Assembly: GCA_964607805.1 (NCBI GenBank)
Contig: CAZSLF010000004.1
Location: 7,477-71,476 of the forward strand
Direction of reading: 5' to 3'
Source of the DNA: an uncultured Candidatus Saccharibacteria bacterium
GTDB lineage: Bacteria > Patescibacteriota > Minisyncoccia > Phycocordibacterales > CAIZLB01
Length of the DNA stretch: 64,000 nucleotides
The position numbers were made by a program, and so were the translations under genes. This document shows, piece after piece, positions 1-9,844 of the stretch. Each line of letters begins with the position of its first letter. The first letter of the stretch is position 1. Under the pieces are notes generated by a model. That model did no database searches, was not told where the DNA came from, and was given only the letters and a program-made list of their open reading frames with translations.

Positions 1-259
1 AGCTCTGGACAACCAAGGAAAACATTCTTGGGCGATTTTCTGTGTCTGCAAATAATGCAGGCCCAATCAATATTTCGCTTATCTCGAGCCAAGGCAGTTG
101 TAGTGTGATTATGTAACAGCAAACTCCTTAATATCCTTTAAAAAGGCCCTGGCTCGATAAAAGCCATGCTTTTTTTCGTGCAAAAACACCAAAAAATCAG
201 AAAACCTAAAATCTCAGAAACTCAGTTAACTCAGTATTAGTTCTTTACCACAATTAAAA

Positions 260-1495
260 ATGAAAACCGCAATCGATTCGCAAATCGACAGTAAGAACGA
301 ATCTAAATTCGATCCAAAGCTTGAACGCAACCTAAAGCTTATGATGGTGCATTCGATTTTTCTTGAACCACTTTTTTGGGGTTCAATATTAATCCTCGCA
401 ATGCAAAAGTTGGCACACATGAGTCTTTCTGAAATTTATTTTCAGGAAGCTGTAGTTGTAGTTCTATGTTTAATCATAGATATTCCAACTGGGGCACTCG
501 CAGATATTATTGGCAGAAAGAAAATGATCGTAATCGGACAAATATTCTTATTTTTCGATTTCCTTGTTTTTGCCTTCATGTCAGAACCTTGGCATGTATG
601 GGTTGCAAATATTCTTTGGGCAATTGGAGTTGCTTTCAGATCAGGTGCTGACAAAGCCTTGATCCAAGAAAGCTGCTTAGGAATTGGCAAAGGGAGAGGA
701 TACTATCGTAAATATTCTGGCAAAGCCCAGGGTTTGCGCATGCTTCTCTTTGCAATTTGCGCACCAGCTACAAGCTGGGTCGCAACATATGATTTGCGAT
801 GGCCGATGTTTATGTCTATACCATTTCTAATTATCCCGCTCGTAACAGTATTCATGCTTACCGAGCCACCAAGGGATGATGTGAAAAAGTTAACAACGCG
901 TGAACATATCTCGCAGATGAAGGAAGGTGTTTTAGATATTATCAGAGATAAAAGAATCTTTTGGATAATGTTATACACTTGCATAATCACAGCTGTGCTA
1001 AAGATTTGGTTCTTTGCATATAATCCATATTTCGAACGTGTCAGCTTGCCGCTAATATGGTTCGGATGGATATTTGCTGGATTGAACGTAATTGGCTGGA
1101 TCAGCAGCCAATGGGGATTTAAAGTTGAAAAAAAGTTAGGGGACAAGGTGACACTTTTGTTACTGATTCCCATGATTGGTATTTCAGTAATCCTTATGGG
1201 ACTATTTCCTATTAAATACATGGTGGGAATGGTTTTCTTCGCAAGTATTGTGAGAGGAATGTATATCCCTTTCTTCGACAGCATGTCGGAGCACTATCTT
1301 CGTAATAGTACGAGGGCAACTGTACTTTCTGTGCAATCTTCCGTATCAAGTGCTGTGGGGTCAATTGGACTTCTTGGATTTAGCTTTTTAGTTAAGTACA
1401 CCAGTCTCCTGACTTCATTAATAGTACTTGGAATTACCGCACTTGTTTGTCATCTCTTGTTAATGAGTACATGGAACAAACATTTTAAGGTTTAA
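260..1495 (+). CDS. MFS-type transporter
   Basis: 411-aa ORF, hydrophobic throughout. The loop motif GALADIIGRKKM matches the MFS TM2-TM3 signature G-x-L-A-D-R-x-G-R-K. Confidence 0.75.
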   Translation: MKTAIDSQIDSKNESKFDPKLERNLKLMMVHSIFLEPLFWGSILILAMQKLAHMSLSEIYFQEAVVVVLCLIIDIPTGALADIIGRKKMIVIGQIFLFFDFLVFAFMSEPWHVWVANILWAIGVAFRSGADKALIQESCLGIGKGRGYYRKYSGKAQGLRMLLFAICAPATSWVATYDLRWPMFMSIPFLIIPLVTVFMLTEPPRDDVKKLTTREHISQMKEGVLDIIRDKRIFWIMLYTCIITAVLKIWFFAYNPYFERVSLPLIWFGWIFAGLNVIGWISSQWGFKVEKKLGDKVTLLLLIPMIGISVILMGLFPIKYMVGMVFFASIVRGMYIPFFDSMSEHYLRNSTRATVLSVQSSVSSAVGSIGLLGFSFLVKYTSLLTSLIVLGITALVCHLLLMSTWNKHFKV

Positions 1496-1599
1496 TTTGT
1501 TGTTTAGTTCGTTCGGATTCTGCGAAAGCAAACCCAAAATTCAAAAAGAGCTCGTCAGAAGACGGGCTCTTTTCTTTTGATTTCTGCTATACTAATTTT

Positions 1600-2997
1600 A
1601 TGCACCTTCTCTTGATTAGTCATAATAAAAACATATTTAAAGAAGATGACCCTGCACATAAAGAATTTCTGGCTTGCTCAAAGTTAATTGATCAATTACA
1701 TATTATTGTTTTTACAGATAAAAAAACGGACTCAAATCTGCAGCCAAAAAATATTGAAAACAAGCTTTTCATTTACCCAACTAATTCAAAAAATCGCCTG
1801 GCGTACTATTCTGACGCTTTAAAAGTTGCCAAGTCTCAGCTTGTAATTAAATTTAAATTTCCAATTGATTTGATTAGTTGTGAAGACCTTTATCTATGCG
1901 CACTTGTTGCTTACGCTATTGCCAAAAAGTATAAAAGAAATTTTATTATAAATATTTATACTAATATTTTCTCACCGGACCTCGAGGAGGGCTTTTTCAA
2001 AAAGATTGTTATGCATGATTGGTATAATTTTATTTTCAGGCGAGCGACAGGTATTAGAGTCTTATCTCAATTAGTAGGGGAAGTTTTGTATTCAAGGGAT
2101 ATAAGGCTCCAAAACAAGATTTATATTTTGCCTTTCTTGGCCGAGATTGAAAAGCTGCAGAAATTACAGTCGACTGTAGATATTCATAAATTATATCCGA
2201 AGTTTAATATTATTTTCATTCACATAGCAAAACATATTCAGTTTAAAACTGTTTTGCGGTTGCGAAATATTATGAGATTGGTTAAAAAGAGATATCCTCT
2301 TGCTGGTCTAATTATTGTCGGAAAAGTGAAAAAGCGCTTTTGGCACCCTTGGTTTTATTCTCATATGCCAGAAAATATTGTTTTTGAGAAAATGAGCCTT
2401 GCAAATACTAATAGTGTAAGTGACAATAATACAAATAAAATTCTGTCATATTATAAGACAGCGAACGTATTTCTAGATACTGCATCTCAGAGTTACCCAG
2501 GTGAATCCCTGACTGAAGCGACTTTGGTAGGTTGTCCTGTTGTTGCTTCTAAAACTAAAGCGAGTGAGGAAGCAATTAGGGATGGGGAAAATGGTTTCAT
2601 CGCAGACCCTAGAAACCCACTGGTATTCTTCCAGAAAATTGTAAGTATTTTGGAGACTCCGGGATTACGCGAGTCTATGAGGTATGCAAAGTTTGATATT
2701 GGAGATTCACTTTATGGCCGAACAAACGAGGAATACTATGTACGGCTTGTTGATATATGGAATTTGTGCAAAACAAACGAAGAGAGTTTGCAAGCACCAA
2801 TTAAGGCGGCGGTAAGTATTGACGTTGCTAAACCAAAATTAAAGCCATATCCTATTATCACTATGAATTTAATTAAAAAAGTTCAAGAAAAGATGGAGCA
2901 AAAGAGGGCAGTAAAAGTTGCGGAGTTTACAGATGAAAGTGTAAATCTAGATTCTGTGAAGTCGACTATGGAGGAGGTATTGGCAGAAATTAAATAG
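1600..2997 (+). CDS. GT-B fold glycosyltransferase (family 1/4-like)
   Basis: 465-aa ORF. The C-terminal block ESLTEATLVGCPVVASKTKASEEAIRDGENGFIADP matches the GT1/GT4 E-x7-E nucleotide-sugar binding region. Confidence 0.7.
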   Translation: MHLLLISHNKNIFKEDDPAHKEFLACSKLIDQLHIIVFTDKKTDSNLQPKNIENKLFIYPTNSKNRLAYYSDALKVAKSQLVIKFKFPIDLISCEDLYLCALVAYAIAKKYKRNFIINIYTNIFSPDLEEGFFKKIVMHDWYNFIFRRATGIRVLSQLVGEVLYSRDIRLQNKIYILPFLAEIEKLQKLQSTVDIHKLYPKFNIIFIHIAKHIQFKTVLRLRNIMRLVKKRYPLAGLIIVGKVKKRFWHPWFYSHMPENIVFEKMSLANTNSVSDNNTNKILSYYKTANVFLDTASQSYPGESLTEATLVGCPVVASKTKASEEAIRDGENGFIADPRNPLVFFQKIVSILETPGLRESMRYAKFDIGDSLYGRTNEEYYVRLVDIWNLCKTNEESLQAPIKAAVSIDVAKPKLKPYPIITMNLIKKVQEKMEQKRAVKVAEFTDESVNLDSVKSTMEEVLAEIK

Positions 2998-4045
2998 AGG
3001 CACTTTTCATTCTATTGTAGATGATAAGTGAATAGTCTTGTTGTATTTTTTCAAGGTCTGCGAAATCTTTACCTTCAATCATGATACAGAAAGAGTAAGA
3101 ATCTTCATTGTTATTCAAATATACTAGGCCACACTCATGTAACTGTCTTAGCATAACTTTTTTTGTAATTGGATCTTCTACGGTTCGCTCTGCAAACTTA
3201 TGGGCAACCTTTAGAGATGGTGGTAAGTGCTTCATTGCACCATTTCTATAATCAACTTTCGTTAAAGTCTCAAGAATTTCATTTGAATATTCTGCTGTTA
3301 AGTAAGATGTATTATAAAGTAGTCTAAACAAGTTTGCATATGTTCTCGGCGTAACCAGAATTTCATCTGAACCATCAGACAATTTATACTTTATTCCAAC
3401 CGCGTTTAAAATTAAATCAAAGTATCCAGGAGGTAGATTTTCGTATAAAATTTGAGCAGATATATTATCTGAGTATATAACTGATCTGTCTATTAACTCT
3501 TTAATTGTGTAAGTTACGCCAAGCACGAGCTTGTCACTAACCTCAATGCTTTGATTATCGTTTAGAGACGCTCCTCCGTCATATTTTATATTTTTTGCGA
3601 GTATTTCAGGTTATATCTCAGCTTGCTTATAGCTTGCGATAATTAAAGGTAATTTTAATAAACTAGCTCCATAGAAGGATTCGGTCTCGTTTACACCAGC
3701 AAAATGCGTTGAGCGTAAATCTCTAACTAAGACTCCAAGTCGTGTTGCATTTCCACTGGAGATATTTTTTTCTGTAAGGGCCTCTAACTCAGTTTCTAGT
3801 CTAGCCAATTCTGTTTTTTTTCTGCTATTGTACTCACAGTTAATATTTTGTCGTATAAACTGTAGGTTTGACGAACAACCTTCAACTTCATCAGTTATAT
3901 GGTATCGACTTGAAAATATTGCAGATGTAAAAAACCATCCAATTACAAAGCCAACTATTAGTACTGAGGCAACTAAAAAACAAATTGACCTTTTATTTTC
4001 CTTAAAGTTTAGGGAAGGCTTTTGAAGTAAGTCTTTGTATTTCAC
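2990..4045 (-). pseudogene. Class A beta-lactamase-like serine hydrolase interrupted by one in-frame TAA
   Basis: ORFs 3611..4045 and 2990..3526 are in the same frame. The N-terminal part has a TM segment and an SxxK motif (GASLLK). The C-terminal part has an SDN motif (YSDNISAQIL). My translation of 3527-3610 is open (PEILAKNIKYDGGASLNDNQSIEVSDKL), so the only break is the TAA at 3611-3613. Confidence 0.65.
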
Positions 4046-4069
4046 AATATTAATATCATACCACCAATT

Positions 4070-4528
4070 TTATTTTTTTCTAGACTCTAAGCACTTGGGA
4101 CATTTGCAGCCGTAGGGTTTTATGTGGTGATTCCAATACTCTTTGCCATAATCATATGTGATTTCTTCTCCTTCTTTTATATTTCTTTTAGACATAATAT
4201 AAATTCTTCCTTTGCGAATTTCAGGCTCAGCGTTCGGACGACAAGAGTGATTTATATACCTTGCAATATTTGTCTTTATTGTGCCGTCAATTGTTGTTTT
4301 TGAATTGATTTCGAAGAGATATTTGCTATTACTTGTATATTCTTCTTCGGGTGAAATTACACGGCCAAAGTATTCAATAATACAAACACCTTTTGGAATA
4401 GGGCTAAAGGTGAAAAGACCAATTCCGGCGCTAGATCTCTTTGGTTTAACATCGAAGTCCCCAGGTTCAAATTTACTCTTCTTTTTTGTTGGCTTTGAGG
4501 GCTGCTTTGCTGTTTTCTTAGCTATCAT
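4070..4528 (-). CDS. SET-domain protein-lysine methyltransferase-like protein
   Basis: 152 aa. It has the SET signatures NHSCRPNAE and ITYDYG, a post-SET-like CKCPKC, and a Lys-rich N-terminal tail. Confidence 0.8.
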   Translation of the reverse strand: MIAKKTAKQPSKPTKKKSKFEPGDFDVKPKRSSAGIGLFTFSPIPKGVCIIEYFGRVISPEEEYTSNSKYLFEINSKTTIDGTIKTNIARYINHSCRPNAEPEIRKGRIYIMSKRNIKEGEEITYDYGKEYWNHHIKPYGCKCPKCLESRKK

Positions 4529-4713
4529 GATTTCTGATTTATTATATTTGTTTGTATATTTGGTTGTTGATTAGCTTACATACTAACTTAAATACTTTTT
4601 TAATCCTATATAAATTTCGTTAAAAACAGTGGATTGTGCAGTTCACAAGGAAAAGAATTGTTTGACAAGGTGCGGACACGCAAAAAATAGTAGAAATTTG
4701 ATAGAATGAAAAC

Positions 4714-5370
4714 ATGAAGGATACTACACAGAAAAGAAAAATTGAAAGTAAAATCGAAAATATTAGAAAAAGTCTGACTAGTGAAGAGAAGGTCATTTTC
4801 CAAAAAATTAATACTCCAATTAAGATTCAAAATTTTCTAGATACTTTACCTTTTAATTTTGAAAAGGATGTTGAGACTTATTACTCGCCGCGTGAGGTTT
4901 TGAAGAATAAAAAAGCGCACTGTCTCGAAGGTGCGCTTTTGGCGGCGCTGGCACTTTGGCTTCACGGCGATCAGCCTTTGATTTTAGATCTCAAGGCTCC
5001 AAAGGAAATTGATCATGTTATTGCGATTTATTTTAGAAATGGTTTTTACGGTGCAATCAGCAAAACAAACCATGCATGCTTAAGATTTCGAGATCCTGTT
5101 TACAAAACTGTGCGTGAGCTGGTGCTTTCTTATTATCATGAATACTTTGATAACAAAACAGGAAAAAAATTATTGATGCAGTATTCCAATTCAATAAATC
5201 TTTCAAAACAAAAAATTGATTGGACTATCTCGGGCGAAAAATTGGATTGGATTGTGGACGTGATTGAAGATGCAAAACACTATAATATTGTTACGCCAAA
5301 AAATATGAAGCTGTTAAGGCCGGCGGATAAAGTTGAGAGGAAAGCGGGGGAGATTACGGAGTGGGATTAA
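4714..5370 (+). CDS. Hypothetical protein, possible transglutaminase-like Cys-His fold
   Basis: 218-aa ORF with candidate catalytic Cys (KKAHCLEGA) and His (EIDHVIAIY). The function is inferred only from this motif spacing. Confidence 0.5.
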   Translation: MKDTTQKRKIESKIENIRKSLTSEEKVIFQKINTPIKIQNFLDTLPFNFEKDVETYYSPREVLKNKKAHCLEGALLAALALWLHGDQPLILDLKAPKEIDHVIAIYFRNGFYGAISKTNHACLRFRDPVYKTVRELVLSYYHEYFDNKTGKKLLMQYSNSINLSKQKIDWTISGEKLDWIVDVIEDAKHYNIVTPKNMKLLRPADKVERKAGEITEWD

Positions 5371-5447
5371 AAAGCGGCTGACGAAATTTTTCAAAACGTA
5401 AGCCCCTTCGAAGTCGTAACTTGAAGGGGTGAAAGGTTGTTGTGGAA

Positions 5448-5912
5448 TTATTCTGGAACCTCGCTTGTTTTGGAAACTATTATGAATAGATCTGTTCTAT
5501 TCATTGTTACCGCTGAGCATTTTGTTGTGGTAAAATAGTCGCCAGCGACTATAGTTGTGCACGTACAGTGTTTCAAAGGTTCTGTGTGTTTTTTCACTAA
5601 AATTGTAGGGTGATAACATGTTGTAAAAAATTTTAGCCTCAATCCATTTGCTAAAAAATATTCTTCACAATAGGTTATCAATTCTTTTGAGGATTGATCG
5701 GAAATACCAACAATTACCTCGTTATTAGGGTTTTCTTCAAGCTCTGCCCTTTGGCGTAAGATATCACTCAAATTTGTTCTTTCGAGTAGACTCCATCCGT
5801 CTGCTTGAGAGTAAAAAGAGACTTTAGGAAGTTTTCTGTGAAGATATGCAGTCAGTGTCCTATCTCTCGACTGCAACAAAACAGTTGGAGTGTTCATGGT
5901 AGTAGGGTGCAA
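5448..5912 (-). CDS. Hypothetical protein
   Basis: 154-aa ORF followed by a hairpin (ccccttc/gaagggg) at about 5400-5436. An alternative start at MNTPT (5897) is possible. Confidence 0.45.
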   Translation of the reverse strand: MHPTTMNTPTVLLQSRDRTLTAYLHRKLPKVSFYSQADGWSLLERTNLSDILRQRAELEENPNNEVIVGISDQSSKELITYCEEYFLANGLRLKFFTTCYHPTILVKKHTEPLKHCTCTTIVAGDYFTTTKCSAVTMNRTDLFIIVSKTSEVPE

Positions 5913-6018
5913 TGGGTGGGTGGTTTACAGAATTTGGGAGTATTTCAGAATTCCTGACCGGCAGAAAAATCCGTCAAAAATAGTATCAGAAACCCTTAAT
6001 TTAAGCTACAATTATAAA

Positions 6019-6621
6019 ATGATTGATTTTTTGTCGCAGGCAAACTATCTACCTCTAATTATAGGGTTGTTTTTTGGCGGTACACCAGCTCTGGTTGGAG
6101 CCATGCTCTTGGCAGTGGGTGGAAAGCTAGATATGGGTATTCTCATGATAATTACAATTACTTGTACCTTGGTTTGGGATGCGATTTGGTACGGAATAGG
6201 TAGATTTATTCCAATTGAAAAAGTTGAGCAATGGTCTTTTCTAAAAAGCAGACAAGCCATGTACAAAAGATTTTATTCACAGTATGCAAATCATAAACAT
6301 AAATTACTTTTCATTTCTAGATTTGTTTATGGAATGAACAGTTTGTTTTCAGTCGTCTGTGGAATTATGAGAATGAGACCTTATGTTTTTTTGAGCTTAA
6401 GCGCCGTCAGTATGACTGTTTGGTTTATAGTAATTTACATAATTAGTTTTGTTTTCCAGACTAATGCCGAAATCGCCGGCATATCTGATAACTTAAAAAT
6501 ATTTATTCCATTTACTTTAATTACAATGCTTGCAATATTGTGGGGAATAAAAAAGCTTGCATTTAAGTACTTTATTACGCAAGATGATATGATTGATGAA
6601 GTTGAGGAAGATAATATTTAG
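6019..6621 (+). CDS. DedA/SNARE-associated family membrane protein
   Basis: I used the ATG at 6019 (MIDFLSQANYLP...), which removes the overlap with the divergent gene. The protein is multi-TM with a DedA-like FISRFVYGMNS segment. Confidence 0.6.
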   Translation: MIDFLSQANYLPLIIGLFFGGTPALVGAMLLAVGGKLDMGILMIITITCTLVWDAIWYGIGRFIPIEKVEQWSFLKSRQAMYKRFYSQYANHKHKLLFISRFVYGMNSLFSVVCGIMRMRPYVFLSLSAVSMTVWFIVIYIISFVFQTNAEIAGISDNLKIFIPFTLITMLAILWGIKKLAFKYFITQDDMIDEVEEDNI

Positions 6622-6658
6622 ATAATGTATAAAGTGTTGGCAACAAATAATATTTAAT

Positions 6659-7387
6659 ATGACAAAAATTTCTTGTATTATTCCTGCGGGCAATGAAGCA
6701 AAATTTATTAAGCATGCAATTGATTCTCTTCAGAAATCTGCAAAGTATGCAGATGCCACTTTTGATAAAGATGATCTTGAGGTTATTGTAGTGTGCAACG
6801 GTACAACAGACGGAACAGCTTCAATTGCAGAAGCTGCGGGCGCGACAGTGATTACCCGACCAGCAGGGATAGGGGTGAGTCGCGCCCGCAATATCGGAGC
6901 ATGGCTTGCAAACTCGGAACATGAAATACTAATTTTTTTGGATGCTGATAGTTTTGTTGACGAGCAAGCGATTTCAGAAATTATTGAAAAATTTAAACCA
7001 TACTCATACGGAACTGTACTCGGCCAGCCAGACACTCAAAGCTTTTTATATTCATTTTTCTTTTTTATAAAAAACACTGTGCACCGATTAGGTTTATATA
7101 AAGGTGCACTAGGAGGTCTAATGTTCTTCGACAAACAGCTTTTCCACGATATCGGAGGTTACGCAGAAAATATGGCAGTAGATGAAATATATGAAATTAG
7201 TCGACGTGCCAGAGCGAACGGAGCTAAATATATTTTAGTTAAAGATTCATTTGCCTACACTTCTATGCGACGTTTTGAGAAATATGGCCCGATAAATATG
7301 CTCATGTTTTGGCTAAAAGCTCGATATATGAATATTTTTAAGAAAAAAGTTCCAGGTGCGAATGACTACAAGGCTATCCGCGACTAA
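6659..7387 (+). CDS. Family 2 glycosyltransferase
   Basis: 242 aa. It has an N-terminal SCIIPAGNE motif and an FLDADSF (DxD) motif typical of GT-A/GT2. Confidence 0.8.
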   Translation: MTKISCIIPAGNEAKFIKHAIDSLQKSAKYADATFDKDDLEVIVVCNGTTDGTASIAEAAGATVITRPAGIGVSRARNIGAWLANSEHEILIFLDADSFVDEQAISEIIEKFKPYSYGTVLGQPDTQSFLYSFFFFIKNTVHRLGLYKGALGGLMFFDKQLFHDIGGYAENMAVDEIYEISRRARANGAKYILVKDSFAYTSMRRFEKYGPINMLMFWLKARYMNIFKKKVPGANDYKAIRD

Positions 7388-7402
7388 GTCGCAAAGTTAA
7401 AA

Positions 7403-8698
7403 TTAAAAAGGCTTAACAATTGTAATCTCTACAATTTCACTAACTGTTCCAAATCTTTGAGGCGGTCCCCATGAGCCTGCGCCGCTCGTTGTAAGAACTT
7501 GCATCTTCTTTGCTGGTGCACGCAAGTCGGGAACAGGTATGGTATTTTTCCAATAACCTGAAAAAGTTTTCAATCCGTAGTCATATCCTTTATATATCTT
7601 TTTAGTAATTATTGAAAATGGCCACATCTGCCCACGATGCGCATGTCCTGAAAGTTGGACCGCCATGCCTGCATCTGCTGCGACATCTAAGAGCAAAGGT
7701 GTATGCTTCAAAAAAATAATTGGAGCGTCAGAAACTTCTTTTGATTTTACTTCTGCTAACATCTGATCAGGTTCGCTTGCATATGCTTGATTTTTATCAG
7801 CATTGATCTCCGCACGAATCTTTTTCATAGCTTCTCTTTGTTTTTCAGCTGTTGTTCCATCCGCATAGCTTATTCCTGCAATACGAAGACCTCGAACAAG
7901 TACTGAATTGCTATCCAGGATTTTTACTCCAATATTTCGAAGTGGTGCTAGATACATTTCCTTATCCTGATATTCCTCGTGATTGCCTGTTACAAAAAAT
8001 ACACCTTCAGGAGTTGATTTAACTAAAGGCTCGAAAACTTGTGCCACCTCGTCAAAATTAATTTTAGGGCCATCAAAGAAATCACCTGAGATTAAAATTA
8101 TATCAGGATCCATTTTTTCAATCTTCTCAACAATTCTTTGTGCAGCATTTACATTCCAAATATTTCCAAAATGCGTATCAGCGATAAAAACAATCTTTCT
8201 ATTCCACCAAGTCTCAGGAATATTAGGAATTACAATATTATATTTTGTTGTGCGAATAAATTGTGCATTTATTACTCCATAAACATTTATTGCTAAAACA
8301 ATTGTCAACAAAATCAAACCAAAACTTTGCCGCGTATGAATCTGGCCTAGATATGTTGAAATTGCAGGGAATACATTGCCCAGAATATTCCCAAAAATAT
8401 ACTCAAAAGAAAACCATAGAAGAGAACCAATAACCGCCATAGAAAAAAGCCAAAACAGAACACCGAGCCAGATAGCGGCAACCGTGTAAACACTTCGCCC
8501 AATCAGAGAATATCCTTGAGCGGTAATAATTGACCCAATCATGAAAAAAATGGACAGACCAAGGAAACTTAGCTTTGTCACAAGTGCAGCTTTCCCGTCA
8601 ATATTGCCAAAAAACAGCACAGCTTTGTATACGACAAAGTGGGCTAAGAAAAGTATGCCTTGGACTATGCCAATAAAGAGTATAAGACCTGAATTCAT
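7403..8698 (-). CDS. Membrane-anchored metallophosphoesterase
   Basis: 431 aa. The N-terminal part is multi-TM. Calcineurin-like motifs are present: IADTHFG, SGDFFDG, GNHE and GHAHRGQ. Confidence 0.85.
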   Translation of the reverse strand: MNSGLILFIGIVQGILFLAHFVVYKAVLFFGNIDGKAALVTKLSFLGLSIFFMIGSIITAQGYSLIGRSVYTVAAIWLGVLFWLFSMAVIGSLLWFSFEYIFGNILGNVFPAISTYLGQIHTRQSFGLILLTIVLAINVYGVINAQFIRTTKYNIVIPNIPETWWNRKIVFIADTHFGNIWNVNAAQRIVEKIEKMDPDIILISGDFFDGPKINFDEVAQVFEPLVKSTPEGVFFVTGNHEEYQDKEMYLAPLRNIGVKILDSNSVLVRGLRIAGISYADGTTAEKQREAMKKIRAEINADKNQAYASEPDQMLAEVKSKEVSDAPIIFLKHTPLLLDVAADAGMAVQLSGHAHRGQMWPFSIITKKIYKGYDYGLKTFSGYWKNTIPVPDLRAPAKKMQVLTTSGAGSWGPPQRFGTVSEIVEITIVKPF

Positions 8699-8910
8699 GA
8701 GCTTTTTATCAGTATATCACCTATATACCGCCCGGATAGGACCATGATACTGCCCGTCTGCACTTTATCTCATTTTACTAGGCAAATACGCATATGCGTG
8801 GTACGCTGGTATATAAGGGTTTTCGCACTATTGCTTCGTAAAGAGTAATTTTCGTTCCCTTGTTATTAAATTACTTAGATGAAAGGGCCTCTCAAGAGGC
8901 CAGAAATTAA

Positions 8911-9327
8911 ATGAATAAAAAGTTATATGTAGGTGGTTTGCCTTACGCAACTACTGAAGACGCATTACGAGCAGCATTTTCACAGGCAGGTACTGTGGAC
9001 GCAGCTCAGATTATTATGGACAAGATGACAGGCCGATCAAAAGGTTTCGGATTCGTAGAAATGTCAACAGATGAGGAAGCTCAGGCTGCTATTGATATGT
9101 ATCACGGAAAGGATTTTGAAGGACGAACTCTTACTGTAAACGTAGCTCGACCAAAGGAAGAAGGCGCACCGCGACGATCTTTCGGAGGTGGAGGTAACCG
9201 TGGAGGTGGAGGCTTCGGTGGTGGCCGTGGAGGCGACCGAGGTGGATTCGGAGGTGGTGATCGTGGCGGCCGAGATTTCGGTGGCAACGGTGGCGGAGGC
9301 GACTTCGGTGGCCGACGTTCTTGGTAA
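8911..9327 (+). CDS. RRM-type RNA-binding protein with Gly/Arg-rich tail
   Basis: RNP-2 (LYVGGL) and RNP-1 (KGFGFVEM) motifs, followed by about 50 aa of RGG/GGF repeats. Confidence 0.9.
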   Translation: MNKKLYVGGLPYATTEDALRAAFSQAGTVDAAQIIMDKMTGRSKGFGFVEMSTDEEAQAAIDMYHGKDFEGRTLTVNVARPKEEGAPRRSFGGGGNRGGGGFGGGRGGDRGGFGGGDRGGRDFGGNGGGGDFGGRRSW

Positions 9328-9451
9328 TATTACCCGGAAATCATTCCAACTATCTCAACTAATTTAGTCTCAAACTATAATTAGCTAAGAAAAGAAAAGA
9401 CCGGCTCGCAAGAGTCGGTTTTTTCTTTTGTTTATTTTACATACCTACTGC

Positions 9452-9697
9452 CTAGAGAATCAATCTAGCGAGAGCGATCAATATAATTGATCCAATAACA
9501 GCTACAACAAGACTATAGAGGTTAAATCCATCTACACCTGCTTTGCCAAAATACTGCATAACATATCCTCCAATTACTGCACCTATAATACCTGTGATTA
9601 TTGTGCTTAGCATACCCTGACTTGCTTCTGTACCCATAAAGATAGAGGCAATCCATCCTGCAATACCTCCAAATACGATCCAAATTAGTATGTTCAT
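9452..9697 (-). CDS. GlsB/YeaQ/YmgE family small membrane protein
   Basis: 81 aa with three Gly-zipper-rich TM segments (GGIAGWIAS, GIIGAVIGG). Confidence 0.75.
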   Translation of the reverse strand: MNILIWIVFGGIAGWIASIFMGTEASQGMLSTIITGIIGAVIGGYVMQYFGKAGVDGFNLYSLVVAVIGSIILIALARLIL

Positions 9698-9844
9698 ATT
9701 TTTTATAGTTACTTAATAAGTATTAAGCTCAAAAATTCTTAAGAGCTTGGGTTAACTGGTAATGCTTTAATTATAGCACTTTTTAAGGCATGTCAATCAA
9801 TGATATAATAAAGGTATTAGCAGAGAATAATTTAAAGTAAAGCC

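Noticed and set aside
1-108. An open frame running from the window edge to a TGA at 106-108. It could be the 3' end of an upstream gene.
   Set aside because: Only 35 codons are visible with no recognisable motif, and the downstream hairpin is weak. This is not enough to call a feature.
703-1284. A 193-aa ORF antisense to the MFS transporter gene.
   Set aside because: It lies entirely inside a well-supported membrane-protein gene and has no motif. It is typical shadow-frame reading of an AT-rich gene.
5890-6018. The N-terminal 43-codon extension of the DedA-like ORF, which overlaps the divergent gene at 5448-5912.
   Set aside because: The extension is not hydrophobic or DedA-like, and it overlaps the neighbour's start. 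The ATG at 6019 gives a clean membrane-protein N-terminus.
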